Shown in pieces: positions 35,703 through 44,755 of a stretch of 64,000 nucleotides of DNA. The position numbers and the translations under genes were made by a program. Source of the DNA: a virus. Location of the stretch: positions 192,001 to 256,000 of the IMG/VR virus record IMGVR_UViG_3300045988_174371; one strand, given 5' to 3'. The notes under the pieces are model-generated. The model searched no databases. It saw nothing but the letters and a program-made list of their open reading frames with translations, and was not told the DNA's origin. Each line of letters starts with the position of its first letter. Position 1 is the stretch's first letter.

Positions 35703-37079
35703 CTACCGGCTAGAGCTCCTACTAGAGGTGGGCTTCGCCGTAGCGGTAGCGCTGGCAGAAGGTTTATTGTTCGGTGTAGCTGTAGACGTTGAGCGAGTAG
35801 CGGCAGGCGCAGGAGTCGCCGTCGCCCTACTAATAGGCGTAACAGCAGAGTTATTAGAACTGACGCTCTTCTCCGAGTTATTATTAGCCGCAACAGCCGG
35901 TGTAGCCTCCACAGGCGGCACAACAGCCGGATTAGTAGTAACCGCAGGGGCAGGAGTTGAGACAATCTCAGGGGGCGCTACAGGCTCAGCAGAAGGAGCA
36001 GGCTCCGGGGCAGTAGATACTGTAGGTTGAGGAGTCGGGGTAGCCGTCTCCGTCGCCGTAGCAGGAATTTCCGTAACAACCGGCTTCCGAACACCGTCAG
36101 ACGGGGATGGAGTAGGCTTCGGGTAACTTCCCTCAACCGGCGTACCCTCAACCACAAGGTTAAACTCATAATTGAAAAGGAACGTTGAGGAAGCCTCCTG
36201 AGTACCATCCGTGCCTACCGAACTTCCCGAGCAGGTAATGAAATAAGCCTTCTTGTCCCCATCCTTGCGCCACAGCTCAGAATGAGATGCCAAGTCTTCC
36301 TGCTTCACAAGATACATGCCAGTTACCACGAACTCGTGGCGGTCGCCATGCTCATCATTCATGTAAATGTGCGCACACTTATCAAGACGATGCAGATACC
36401 CCCACGGCGACAATGAGCCATCGTTAAGGTTGATATGCCCAGCAAGAATTGAAGCGCCAGAATTAGAGCTTAGCGGGGAACCAGACGCATACCAAATGCC
36501 GTTCGGGGCGGCAGGCAACGTGACATTATTGTTACTGAAACCAGATGGTGTAACTTGAGCGCCCTGAACAATCTGCGTGCGTGTCCTCAACGAAGGAGCC
36601 CACCAGCCAGCCGCCCTATTACCGACACTCTTGGGAGCATCAGCAGACGAGCCGTTCACTGCCGCCGGATACAGCGGGCAAGCCTCATTCTTAAACTCTG
36701 TAGCAGGCTTAGGGGCGTACAGCAGACCATTATCAGTGACACCCATACTGTCAGCACCAGCATATGTGACAACACCACCATGACCGTCATCACCCTTAAT
36801 CTGCGCCTTAATCCCAAAGAAATCATCCAAGCCGCTGTACATCCCGTCAGCCGCCGACCCGACCGCACCATACGTGCGCGTCAAATAGGTAGCATCGCCC
36901 AAATGAACACCCCACCCTGTGAAGAAGAGTGCAGACCCTACACAGCCAGCAATAGCCGAAGAAACGACCGACTTACGCTTCCACCACACCGGCTTCTGCT
37001 CGTCAGTCTCCTTATCGGCGGAAACCTCTCCCCCGGCAGGTTTTACTCGCCATGTACGAAAATCTTTCACTCTCATCAC
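35703..37079 (-). CDS. class F sortase with N-terminal TM and Pro/Thr/Ala-rich C-terminal tail
   Basis: ILAGHINLNDGSLSPWGYLHRL (His), AYFITCSGS (Cys), then FNYEFNLVVEG matching the class F Y-x-x-N-x-V-V pattern. N-terminal anchor VVSSAIAGCVGSALFFTGW. Confidence 0.7.
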   Translation of the reverse strand: MMRVKDFRTWRVKPAGGEVSADKETDEQKPVWWKRKSVVSSAIAGCVGSALFFTGWGVHLGDATYLTRTYGAVGSAADGMYSGLDDFFGIKAQIKGDDGHGGVVTYAGADSMGVTDNGLLYAPKPATEFKNEACPLYPAAVNGSSADAPKSVGNRAAGWWAPSLRTRTQIVQGAQVTPSGFSNNNVTLPAAPNGIWYASGSPLSSNSGASILAGHINLNDGSLSPWGYLHRLDKCAHIYMNDEHGDRHEFVVTGMYLVKQEDLASHSELWRKDGDKKAYFITCSGSSVGTDGTQEASSTFLFNYEFNLVVEGTPVEGSYPKPTPSPSDGVRKPVVTEIPATATETATPTPQPTVSTAPEPAPSAEPVAPPEIVSTPAPAVTTNPAVVPPVEATPAVAANNNSEKSVSSNNSAVTPISRATATPAPAATRSTSTATPNNKPSASATATAKPTSSRSSSR

Positions 37080-37108
37080 CTCACAAAACAGCGTACTACC
37101 AACAAAGA

Positions 37109-37155
37109 AAGCACCTGCCTCCTGTCACTAAACTCAGCGAAGGAAGCAGGTGCTT
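37109..37155 (-). terminator. candidate terminator downstream of the LPVTG protein gene
   Basis: AAGCACCTGCCTCC-19 nt-GGAAGCAGGTGCTT (one mismatch), 11 nt after the stop at 37166. Confidence 0.45.
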
Positions 37156-37165
37156 CACAAAACAA

Positions 37166-38461
37166 CTAGTCACGCTTACGGTTCTTTAGCTTAGAAACAC
37201 CCATAAGAGTACCAGCTAGAACCAGCGAACCGCCAGCCAAACCCAGCGGAATAGCCGCAGGAGTAATACCCGTCACAGGCAGATTAGCGACACCAGCGGC
37301 ACCAGTACGCAAAGTCTGACCCTTCACAGTATTCACCCCCGAAGTGGAAGACTTAGCGGTAGGAGAAGTTACGCTCGCATTAGACACTGCAACCTTAGGT
37401 GCCGCAGAAACCACCGGCTCACCAGTAGTTGTCACCGTAGAACCCAAAGTGCTCTCAACAACCTCACCCGAGGAGGTAGTAGTCACAGCGCCACCATCCT
37501 CAAAAGTGGTGACGGTGTTACCAGTCTGAGCGTCAGTCTTAATGTCCTTCACCTGCGCAGTACTCACCACACGACCAGCGGCATCATGGCGAGTAGCGTT
37601 ATCGTCAGGAACAGCCAGCGGCGCGGGAGCCTTATAGACAGCATTCGCCTTAGCGGACACTTCCTCAGCACTCACCACAGGAGCCGTGTTCTCAGGCTTC
37701 TTCTCCTCTACAGGGGTGGGGGTAGAGTCAGGAGCAGGGGTAGTAGCATCATCCGACGGCTGAGGGGTCTCAGGCGAAGGAGTAGGAGTAGGTTCCTCAG
37801 TCTTCTCAGGGGTAGGTTCAGGGGTTGGCTCCGGGGTGGGCTCGGGGGTAGGAGCGGGAGCAGGGGCAACATCCTGCACAACGCTCAGACGCGCCTCACC
37901 ACCAGAAATCAAATTCGGAACATACCAGTAATCCTTATCCGCCTCTACCAGCTCAGCAGGAGCAATATTGCTCTCAACCAAAGCAGAACCCTTAGCAATC
38001 TCGCCAGAGTTAGCACCTGAAGTCGAACCAAACGTTGCACCCTCAGGCAGATTAGCGCGCAAGCTATCCAGAGAGACCCACGTGTGATTACTTACCGTGT
38101 CCGACGTATTCACTAGGACAATATCCGTATACGCGCTACCTGAGGAAGCCTGCGCCCTCTCTATACGGAAACGAGCATCCAGCGCCGAAGAATAAACCAC
38201 GCCACCGTCAGTCTCAGCGGCATACGGGGCGAGCGCCCCACCAGCAACAGCGCCAGCAGTCTCAGACTCAGCCGCCGGAGCAACAGCCGCCGGTGGGGTA
38301 GCATCAAGCTCATCAGCAATCAACGGAGCCAGCGGGGAACCAGCAATAACAGCCAAAGCAACCGTAGCGCCAGCCTTCTTAGAAATACCCAAAACAAAAC
38401 CTCCATTTAGTCGGGTAAGCATTAGCAAAAACGAAACCCCACCCAAAGATGCATCGAGCAC
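37166..38461 (-). CDS. cell-wall-anchored surface protein (LPVTG sorting signal)
   Basis: N-terminal signal peptide. PTPEPTPEPTPEPTPE linker. C-terminal LPVTG, a hydrophobic span (AAIPLGLAGGSLVLAGTLMGV) and the positive tail KLKNRKRD. Confidence 0.8.
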   Translation of the reverse strand: MLDASLGGVSFLLMLTRLNGGFVLGISKKAGATVALAVIAGSPLAPLIADELDATPPAAVAPAAESETAGAVAGGALAPYAAETDGGVVYSSALDARFRIERAQASSGSAYTDIVLVNTSDTVSNHTWVSLDSLRANLPEGATFGSTSGANSGEIAKGSALVESNIAPAELVEADKDYWYVPNLISGGEARLSVVQDVAPAPAPTPEPTPEPTPEPTPEKTEEPTPTPSPETPQPSDDATTPAPDSTPTPVEEKKPENTAPVVSAEEVSAKANAVYKAPAPLAVPDDNATRHDAAGRVVSTAQVKDIKTDAQTGNTVTTFEDGGAVTTTSSGEVVESTLGSTVTTTGEPVVSAAPKVAVSNASVTSPTAKSSTSGVNTVKGQTLRTGAAGVANLPVTGITPAAIPLGLAGGSLVLAGTLMGVSKLKNRKRD

Positions 38462-38502
38462 CTACAGGTAAAGGTTATAGAACCTATATAGCGGGCGGCG
38501 GC

Positions 38503-38661
38503 TTACGCGGCGACAGTAGCAGGGTAGTCACTATCACCAAGCCATCTATCGATAAACTCCGGCGAAGCAAAGAAGCCCGCAGTATCATAAAGCTTGCCGT
38601 TAATGTAGATAAACCCCGCAGAGCTAGAAGATTCTGCGGTAACGTCGTCAATATGGCACAT
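38503..38661 (-). CDS. unannotated 52-codon ORF, paralog of the C-terminal tail of the FtsK-like protein at 42990..43976
   Basis: Own translation: MCHIDDVTAESSSSAGFIYINGKLYDTAGFFASPEFIDRWLGDSDYPATVAA. GGAGG lies 7 nt upstream of the ATG. Matches GMVYLNGKLYDFQGFFAAPEFIDNWLS of the 328-aa protein. Too short for the supplied track. Confidence 0.5.
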   Translation of the reverse strand: MCHIDDVTAESSSSAGFIYINGKLYDTAGFFASPEFIDRWLGDSDYPATVAA

Positions 38662-38704
38662 ATTAAAACCTCCTATGATGCTTATAGCTAAGTAAAGTCG
38701 CCAT

Positions 38705-40114
38705 TTAGTCGGCAGTCAAAGGCGCAATATGAGGAACAAAGTCCGGCTGACCAGCGGCAACCTCCGCACCCTTACCGCTATGCGGCTGGAACTGAGGGCA
38801 CATCTTCGCCAAAGGACACCACGAGCAGAGGAACGACGGCGCAAACGGGAATACCCCCGAAGAAGCCAGCTCATCCACCTTCTCATCAGCCGTAGAATAT
38901 GCCTCCTTAACCCACGCATCAAAAGCAACAGCCTCATCTGAAGGGTTTTCCACCGAAGAGAGCAACGGGGGAACCGGGGCTACATTCAACGCATCATCCA
39001 CAGCGGGGAACAGCAACTCAGCCTGAGTAGCGCCCAGCCCGTTCTGCTCAGCGAGAACCAGATAGCTGTACTGCTGGAATGCCTCACGGAAACCATCAGG
39101 GATACTCCAAGACTCCAAACCCTCACGCGACACAGTGACCTCAGGAAGACGAGGGATAGTCTTACCCGCATTCTTACCAGAACGCTTAGTGATAGACAGG
39201 TTATAGGGCTTCATCTTCGAGCCTGTCTTATAATCCTGCACGACAACAGACCCATCCGGGGCAACCGCAATACGGTCAATGATACCGAAAGTCTCTCGCT
39301 TAGCACCGCCAATCGAGCCAGAAATGGGCACCTCCAACGGAAGCTTCCCATCAGGCATCTCAAAAAGAACCGTATCAGCCGGAGACTCAGGAGACTGCCC
39401 AGGACGGCGGAAACTAAACGCCTTCTCCACCGTCTCAGAAAGCCACTTAATCTGCTCAGGGTCACCTGAGATAAGCTCATACTTCCGACTCGAAAGCACT
39501 TCCTCAGTAAACTTCTTAGCCCGCTCAGTAGTGCGCTCTTCAGCAGGAAGCGCCATCAACTTCTCAAACACCTCATGGAAAGCACTGCCACGCTTCATCT
39601 CAGCAGAATCAGTATCCAGACCAAAAGCCCATGAGAAGCGCTTCACCGCGAAGCTACCCAAACACCCATACAGTGACATGACAAGCGACGGAGACAGCTT
39701 CGCATTAGCCAAACGCCTCAACAAGTCAGCATCCTCAATCACCAAAGCGTCACGAGTCATCACAGCCTTAACCTCCCCCACCTCAGGTGAAACAGCAGGG
39801 GCAGGGTTACCGGAACCTGACGCGCGCGCAAGCACCTCCAGGCGGCGCAACAAATTAGACCTCAAAACATCACGCGGCGATGAGCAACCGCCCACCCCCG
39901 GCGCAAACAGCGACGGCAAAGGTGCAGAAAGCTCAGCCTGAGACAATGCCCGCCCACTCAACAGCGAATCACCCAACTGAGTAGCCAACGGCGGGCGGTC
40001 AGCCACGAACTTCAAAACCCTACCTTGAGAATCAGATAGCATACAGTAAACTCCAAATAAAGATAATGGGCTCAGCACCCATAAAGTACTGAACCCATTA
40101 TACCAACAAACCAA
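38705..40114 (-). CDS. PD-(D/E)XK nuclease of the Cas4/RecB/AddB type with a 4-Cys Fe-S cluster motif
   Basis: IIDRIAVAPDGSVVVQDYKTG (D...D/E-x-K). C-terminal CSWCPLAKMC (C-x2-C-x5-C) plus an upstream Cys (LYGCLGSFAVKRF). Confidence 0.65.
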   Translation of the reverse strand: MVCWYNGFSTLWVLSPLSLFGVYCMLSDSQGRVLKFVADRPPLATQLGDSLLSGRALSQAELSAPLPSLFAPGVGGCSSPRDVLRSNLLRRLEVLARASGSGNPAPAVSPEVGEVKAVMTRDALVIEDADLLRRLANAKLSPSLVMSLYGCLGSFAVKRFSWAFGLDTDSAEMKRGSAFHEVFEKLMALPAEERTTERAKKFTEEVLSSRKYELISGDPEQIKWLSETVEKAFSFRRPGQSPESPADTVLFEMPDGKLPLEVPISGSIGGAKRETFGIIDRIAVAPDGSVVVQDYKTGSKMKPYNLSITKRSGKNAGKTIPRLPEVTVSREGLESWSIPDGFREAFQQYSYLVLAEQNGLGATQAELLFPAVDDALNVAPVPPLLSSVENPSDEAVAFDAWVKEAYSTADEKVDELASSGVFPFAPSFLCSWCPLAKMCPQFQPHSGKGAEVAAGQPDFVPHIAPLTAD

Positions 40115-40121
40115 TTTAAGG

Positions 40122-40973
40122 TCACGCAGTCAATATCACCAAAGCACTAGCAAGGTTATACAACATATGCGCCACCAGACTAGGAACTAGCGAGCCAGAG
40201 AACCAGCGAGCAACGCCAAAAAGAACGCCGATGAATGCAAGCACCCAGAACTTCGCCAAATCCACTAGCGTCAAACTGGAAGCCAAATCGAAATGCATTG
40301 CGGCAAACAGCAACCCCTGCGTAAGAACCGCGAACACTGTTGAAGCTCCCACCGAGACGAGCCCCTTCAATATGTACCCGCGCCATATTATCTCCTCAAG
40401 GAGTGGGCCAACCACTACGAGTATGAGTACCCGAACTGGAATCGCCAACGCCAGCAGAGAAGCCGTATTAGGAGAAGGCACCCCTGCAAGCTCAGGATGA
40501 ACCCAATAAAACAAACTCATCCCAAGCCATGCCACGCCCAAAGCTACAGCCCCAACAAGAACACCCAGCGCAACATTGCGGACACTGAAATCGAACCACC
40601 GGAAATCATGGTCATCCCTCAACGCATACTTCCTAATAAACGTGGAATTATGCGCCAAGACATGCACAACACCCACTAGCGCGAAACATGCGGCATACAC
40701 CACAAGCGCAATACCGTCAGACCCGCCAGGGTAAGCCACGGTGAAACAGCCCGCCAAAACACCCAACGTTGCCGCCACATGCAACGACAACACTAGCATC
40801 CAAGAAGCACCCCAATACGACTGATGCATCCACGGAAACAAAATCTCTCGCCACGTAACCCTGCCAACAGGAAGGGCATCTTTACTATCAGTTACACTCA
40901 TGCAAGAAGTATAGCTAGAACACCCGGAAAGAGCCCCTGAAAAGGTGTACTCAGTGGTGCCACGGTGGTACAA
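40122..40973 (-). CDS. CPBP (CAAX/Abi) family intramembrane metalloprotease
   Basis: Multi-TM protein. Motifs [13 protein letters not shown] and HMLYN. Confidence 0.75.
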   Translation of the reverse strand: MYHRGTTEYTFSGALSGCSSYTSCMSVTDSKDALPVGRVTWREILFPWMHQSYWGASWMLVLSLHVAATLGVLAGCFTVAYPGGSDGIALVVYAACFALVGVVHVLAHNSTFIRKYALRDDHDFRWFDFSVRNVALGVLVGAVALGVAWLGMSLFYWVHPELAGVPSPNTASLLALAIPVRVLILVVVGPLLEEIIWRGYILKGLVSVGASTVFAVLTQGLLFAAMHFDLASSLTLVDLAKFWVLAFIGVLFGVARWFSGSLVPSLVAHMLYNLASALVILTA

Positions 40974-41072
40974 TTGATATGTGCGTTAAACCCGCTAATG
41001 CCTCACGGCATCGCCCGAGGAGTTAGCGGCAGAAAGCACGACAAAGCAACCTCACGAAAGGAACCCCGCCAT

Positions 41073-42269
41073 ATGGCAAAGGCACCCAAGCACACCACCG
41101 CCCCCACCAAGCAGGAGCCCGGCGAAGGTAGAAATAAAGCCCTTGAAGCTGTCATGGGGCAGATTGAGAAGAGCTACGGCAAGGGCGCTATTATGCGTCT
41201 CGACCAGAACGTAAACCGTGTCGAAGCTATTAGTACCGGCGCACCCTCACTTGACGCGGCGCTAGGTATTGGTGGCATCCCCAAGGGGCGAGTTATCGAG
41301 ATTTACGGTCCTGAATCCTCCGGTAAGACCACCGTTGCACTCCAAGCAATCGCCAACGTCCAGAAAGCAGGCGGCGTGGCGGCGTTCATCGACGCAGAGC
41401 ACGCACTTGACCCCATCTACGCCGCAAAGCTAGGTGTAGACATTGACAACCTCCTCGTATCTCAGCCTGACACTGGCGAGCAGGCTTTGGAAATCATGGA
41501 CATGCTCGTCGGCTCCGGCGCAGTGGAAATTGTTGTCCTCGACTCCGTAGCCGCCCTCGTCCCCCGCGCCGAAATCGAAGGTGATATGGGCGACTCCCAC
41601 GTCGGTCTACAGGCACGTCTCATGAGCCAGGCACTACGCAAGATTACTGGTCGCCTCAACGCAACCGGCACCACCGCAATCTTCATCAACCAGCTACGCG
41701 AGAAAATTGGCGTGTTCTTCGGCTCCCCCGAAACCACCACCGGCGGTAAGGCACTTAAGTTCTACGCATCTGTCCGAATCGACATCCGCCGCATTGAAAC
41801 CCTCAAGGACGGCGCGAACCCCATCGGTAACCGTACCCGCGCCAAGATTGTGAAGAACAAGATGGCTCCGCCGTTCAAGCAGGCAGAGTTTGACATCATG
41901 TATGGTGAAGGCGTATCAGCCATCTCCAGCATCGCTGACCTTGCCGTTGAATACAACATCGTGAAGAAGGGTGGTGCATGGTTTAGGTACCCGCCCAACT
42001 CAGATGAGCCCATCTTGAACATTAACGCAAGGTCTAACTTCATCAAGGAGCTCTCTAAGCCCGAGAACTACGAGACTCTGTTGGAGATTGGCAATCAGGT
42101 CGCCGCTAAAATTCTCCCAGACCAAGACTATGTGCTATACGCCCGCCAGTTCGAAGAGCCAGTCATCGACTACCACCCGGACACCTACACTCCTCCCACC
42201 CACACAACCTCCGCTGTAGCAGATACGGCGGAAGAAGGATTTGCTGAGGGCTTCCTCGACATCGACTAG
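41073..42269 (+). CDS. recA: recombinase RecA
   Basis: [21 protein letters not shown], Walker [10 protein letters not shown], Walker [11 protein letters not shown], loop motifs, [12 protein letters not shown]. Start chosen at MAKAPKH (in frame, 36 codons inside the track ORF) because the longer form overlaps the CPBP gene start. Confidence 0.9.
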   Translation: MAKAPKHTTAPTKQEPGEGRNKALEAVMGQIEKSYGKGAIMRLDQNVNRVEAISTGAPSLDAALGIGGIPKGRVIEIYGPESSGKTTVALQAIANVQKAGGVAAFIDAEHALDPIYAAKLGVDIDNLLVSQPDTGEQALEIMDMLVGSGAVEIVVLDSVAALVPRAEIEGDMGDSHVGLQARLMSQALRKITGRLNATGTTAIFINQLREKIGVFFGSPETTTGGKALKFYASVRIDIRRIETLKDGANPIGNRTRAKIVKNKMAPPFKQAEFDIMYGEGVSAISSIADLAVEYNIVKKGGAWFRYPPNSDEPILNINARSNFIKELSKPENYETLLEIGNQVAAKILPDQDYVLYARQFEEPVIDYHPDTYTPPTHTTSAVADTAEEGFAEGFLDID

Positions 42270-42288
42270 CGTATCCTCGCAACAGCTT

Positions 42289-42350
42289 AAGCGCGCTACA
42301 GGCAAAGATAGATATACCAATTAAGGTCATTCTTTACCTGTAGCGCGCTT
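42289..42350 (+). terminator. stem-loop between recA and recX (possible attenuator)
   Basis: AAGCGCGCTACAGG-34 nt-CCTGTAGCGCGCTT, a 14-bp perfect stem starting 20 nt after the recA stop. No U-tract. Confidence 0.35.
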
Positions 42351-42388
42351 CGCTACAGCCTCCACCACGAAAGAGAGAAGGGGAACCT

Positions 42389-42874
42389 GTGACACTGCAA
42401 ACAATTGACATCGACCGCATCCGAAAGAAGCTCTCCAAGAAGGACGCACCCACACAGAGCATCATCGAACAGCTGGACGCGCTAGGCGCAGACCCCGAAA
42501 CCATTATCAGTGTCGTGGAAGACCTCACCTCTGAAGGATACCTAGACGATAGGCGCTACGCTGAGGAAGCTTTCTACAGCGACCAGAGGAAAGGCAAATC
42601 ATCTCTGCACACCTCAATGAGACTTGCCTCCGAAGGTATCCCTCCAACTATCATCGAGGGGGTCTCTAAAGCGCTGAACACCCAAGAGGTAGACGCTGAG
42701 AACGTCGTAAACCTCGCCGCGAAGTTCCTCAATCAGGAGCTAAACAAGAGCGAAGGTCAGGCAGAATGGCAACCCGATAAAGCTATCCAGCGGATACTAG
42801 GGAAGCTTGCCCGCCGTGGATACGACGAAGCAACAGCTGTTGAAGCTATTCGACAAGCACAACAGTCACTCTAG
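42389..42874 (+). CDS. recX: RecX-like regulator of RecA
   Basis: ~160-aa helical-repeat protein directly downstream of recA. GYLDDRRYAEEAFYSDQRKGKS and RILGKLARRGYDEATAVEAI resemble RecX repeats. GTG start. Confidence 0.6.
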   Translation: MTLQTIDIDRIRKKLSKKDAPTQSIIEQLDALGADPETIISVVEDLTSEGYLDDRRYAEEAFYSDQRKGKSSLHTSMRLASEGIPPTIIEGVSKALNTQEVDAENVVNLAAKFLNQELNKSEGQAEWQPDKAIQRILGKLARRGYDEATAVEAIRQAQQSL

Positions 42875-42896
42875 CCCAGCGAATAAGCCATAAAGC

Positions 42897-42950
42897 AATT
42901 GGTGAGGCACCCCATCAAGAAACTATTCTTGACAGGGTGCCTCACCAATT
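42897..42950. terminator. bidirectional terminator (16-bp perfect stem) between convergent recX and FtsK-like genes
   Basis: AATTGGTGAGGCACCC-22 nt-GGGTGCCTCACCAATT. Confidence 0.65.
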
Positions 42951-42989
42951 CTGCATCTTACCGTGGCAGTCGCAACACCTCAGCGGCTA

Positions 42990-43976
42990 CTACTCCATAC
43001 CGCGAGAACCATGCTCACTAATGTACTCCATGTCCTCGCCCCATTCAGACATGACAACCTCATCTTCATCAATCTTCTCACCGAAGACAAGGGTCTGAGC
43101 GTTACCCTCAGCGTCAGTTTCGCCAGTGTGAACAATCGTCTGTCCGTCCACGACTTCCTGCGTAACATTGTGAGCATCTGCGTCCTGGGCGTTCTGGCTC
43201 AGCCAGTTATCGATAAACTCCGGCGCGGCAAAGAAGCCCTGGAAGTCATACAGCTTACCGTTAAGGTAAACCATACCTCTACCCTTAACGTTCGGGTCAA
43301 TCATCGTACCAGCACCAGACTCCAACGTCATAGCACTAGCCGCTGAAGTCAAGACACCCGCCGCAATACGACACATGAAGTTCGAACGAATTTCACCAGA
43401 GATAATCTTCGCATCCGGTCTCTGCATAGCCAGAACCAGGTGAACACCAGCCGCACGACCAAGACGCGCAATAGAGCCGATAAGAGTAAGCGCTTCACCC
43501 TTAAGAAGGTCATCTGCCTTACCCTCATCGGTCTTAACGCCAGTAGGTGAAAGAAGCTCAGCTGCCTCATCGACCATCACCATCACACGCTGACGGGAAC
43601 CGCCATCCTCAAGCTCTGGCAAGTCAATGTAGTTCTGGACACCATGACGCTCCATCAACTCATAACGTTGCATCATGGTCTGTTGCGCAAACCTAAGAAC
43701 CGTCAGCGCATCTTCCAGCGTGGTAGCGATACCCAACACCACGGGGACGTAAGGGCGGTAGACCGAAAGCTCAACCTTCTTGAGGTCAATACCCAAGAAG
43801 CGCCATGCATCCGGGCGCATAATACACTGGAAAACGAAGTTCCTCTGAAGGACGCTGTTGTGCGTAACAATAGACACACCATCGTCGCCACCAGAGCGAT
43901 ACAGCTTCTTCTTAGAACCTACGACAAAGCATCTTGACGGTACTGGCTCAACTTCTTCAATACTGGCTATCTGCAT
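42990..43976 (-). CDS. FtsK/SpoIIIE-family ATPase-domain protein with degenerate Walker A
   Basis: Retains FLGIDLKKVELSVY, LRFAQQTMMQRYELM, Walker B VMVMVDEAAELL and IARLGRAAGVHLVLAMQRPDAKIISGEIRSNFMCRIA. Where GxxGxGKS is expected it reads GVSIVTHNSVLQ. A GGAGG SD precedes the ATG, so the N-terminus is not truncated by annotation. Confidence 0.65.
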   Translation of the reverse strand: MQIASIEEVEPVPSRCFVVGSKKKLYRSGGDDGVSIVTHNSVLQRNFVFQCIMRPDAWRFLGIDLKKVELSVYRPYVPVVLGIATTLEDALTVLRFAQQTMMQRYELMERHGVQNYIDLPELEDGGSRQRVMVMVDEAAELLSPTGVKTDEGKADDLLKGEALTLIGSIARLGRAAGVHLVLAMQRPDAKIISGEIRSNFMCRIAAGVLTSAASAMTLESGAGTMIDPNVKGRGMVYLNGKLYDFQGFFAAPEFIDNWLSQNAQDADAHNVTQEVVDGQTIVHTGETDAEGNAQTLVFGEKIDEDEVVMSEWGEDMEYISEHGSRGME

Positions 43977-44107
43977 AAAACCTCCGCCAAGCTCAGGCGC
44001 GCAATAATCGTTTAATCAATCCATCCCACACCCCGAAACTCCCAAACGTTTCACGACGCAAAAGCCAGCAATATAGCCAAGCCAGAGGAAGAAAAGGTAA
44101 ACAAAAT

Positions 44108-44142
44108 GGGTGTGGCGACGGTAAAACACCGCCACCACACCC
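44108..44142 (-). terminator. candidate terminator
   Basis: GGGTGTGGCGACGGT-5 nt-ACCGCCACCACACCC (13 of 15 paired), ~50 nt after the stop at 44192. Confidence 0.4.
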
Positions 44143-44191
44143 ATAGCAAAGGTGCATAGCTAAACAGCTAGATTACCTAACGGTAAACCCG

Positions 44192-44755
44192 CTAGGAGTC
44201 AAAGATAAGTTCCACTCCCGCCGCTGTGCCAAGACGGGTGATAGTGCCAATAATGTGAACAGCTTCCGCCTCTGGTGAACCTTCTTCAAAGTCGGACTCC
44301 ACAACAGGGGCTACATCCCAAAGAGCTCGCGGCAACACTACCCTAAGTCGAGTGTGTTTGCCATTCGGAATAGCTGACGCTGGGAGGTCGCTGTACCTAG
44401 CTACAGCGTTAGATTCCATTAGCGTGTAGCGCTGGCAGATTGTCTCTTCTACGAAGCGAAGCAAGTCAAGCTCACTCTCAAGCACGCGGAACTTGCGTTC
44501 AGATGCAGGCATGTAAGGAAAGTCCTGCTCTGAAGGCAGGAGATGAGTATACCCCCAGCCGTTGTCAAGGTCATTCCCTAGAAAACGTCGCCACGCTTCC
44601 CTATTAACTAGCAAATAGAAATTGAGCGGCGGTTGCCCGCCAGTAGGATACGGGCGCGCTTCAAGGTGAATGTTGCGACTCGCGCAATTATCTTCCATAT
44701 AAGATGAAGTCATACCGTACTCCTTAAAAAGTATCTTCGTCAGATTGGGCATCAC
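44192..44755 (-). CDS. truncated FtsK-like paralog (187 aa) lacking Walker A and Walker B
   Basis: LDLLRFVEETICQRYTLMESNAVARYSDLP...EAEAVHIIGTITRLGTAAGVELIF aligns by eye with the 328-aa protein. RLRVVLP replaces the VDE Walker B. Confidence 0.5.
   Translation of the reverse strand: MMPNLTKILFKEYGMTSSYMEDNCASRNIHLEARPYPTGGQPPLNFYLLVNREAWRRFLGNDLDNGWGYTHLLPSEQDFPYMPASERKFRVLESELDLLRFVEETICQRYTLMESNAVARYSDLPASAIPNGKHTRLRVVLPRALWDVAPVVESDFEEGSPEAEAVHIIGTITRLGTAAGVELIFDS

Noticed and set aside
36555-37169. 204-aa plus-strand ORF over the sortase gene start
   Set aside because: It is antisense to a gene with clear sortase motifs, and is R/S/T/L/P-rich.
37780-37870. Short-period repeats (GGTTCAGGGGTTGGCTCCGGGGTGGGCTCGGGGG...)
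   Set aside because: It is the coding low-complexity PTPEPTPEP linker of the LPVTG protein, not an independent element.
38449-38691. 80-aa plus-strand ORF between the LPVTG gene and the nuclease gene
   Set aside because: The opposite strand carries a 52-codon ORF with a strong GGAGG SD and clear paralogy to the FtsK-like tail. The plus-strand frame is its shadow, and the same IDKLRR shadow peptide appears opposite 43200.
39279-39941. 220-aa plus-strand ORF
   Set aside because: It is antisense to the Cas4-like nuclease gene, and is a Ser-rich shadow frame.
40965-41072. 36-codon N-terminal extension of recA in the ORF track ([12 protein letters not shown]...)
   Set aside because: It overlaps the divergent CPBP gene start and is not RecA-like. 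The internal Met (MAKAPKH) gives a conventional RecA N-terminus.
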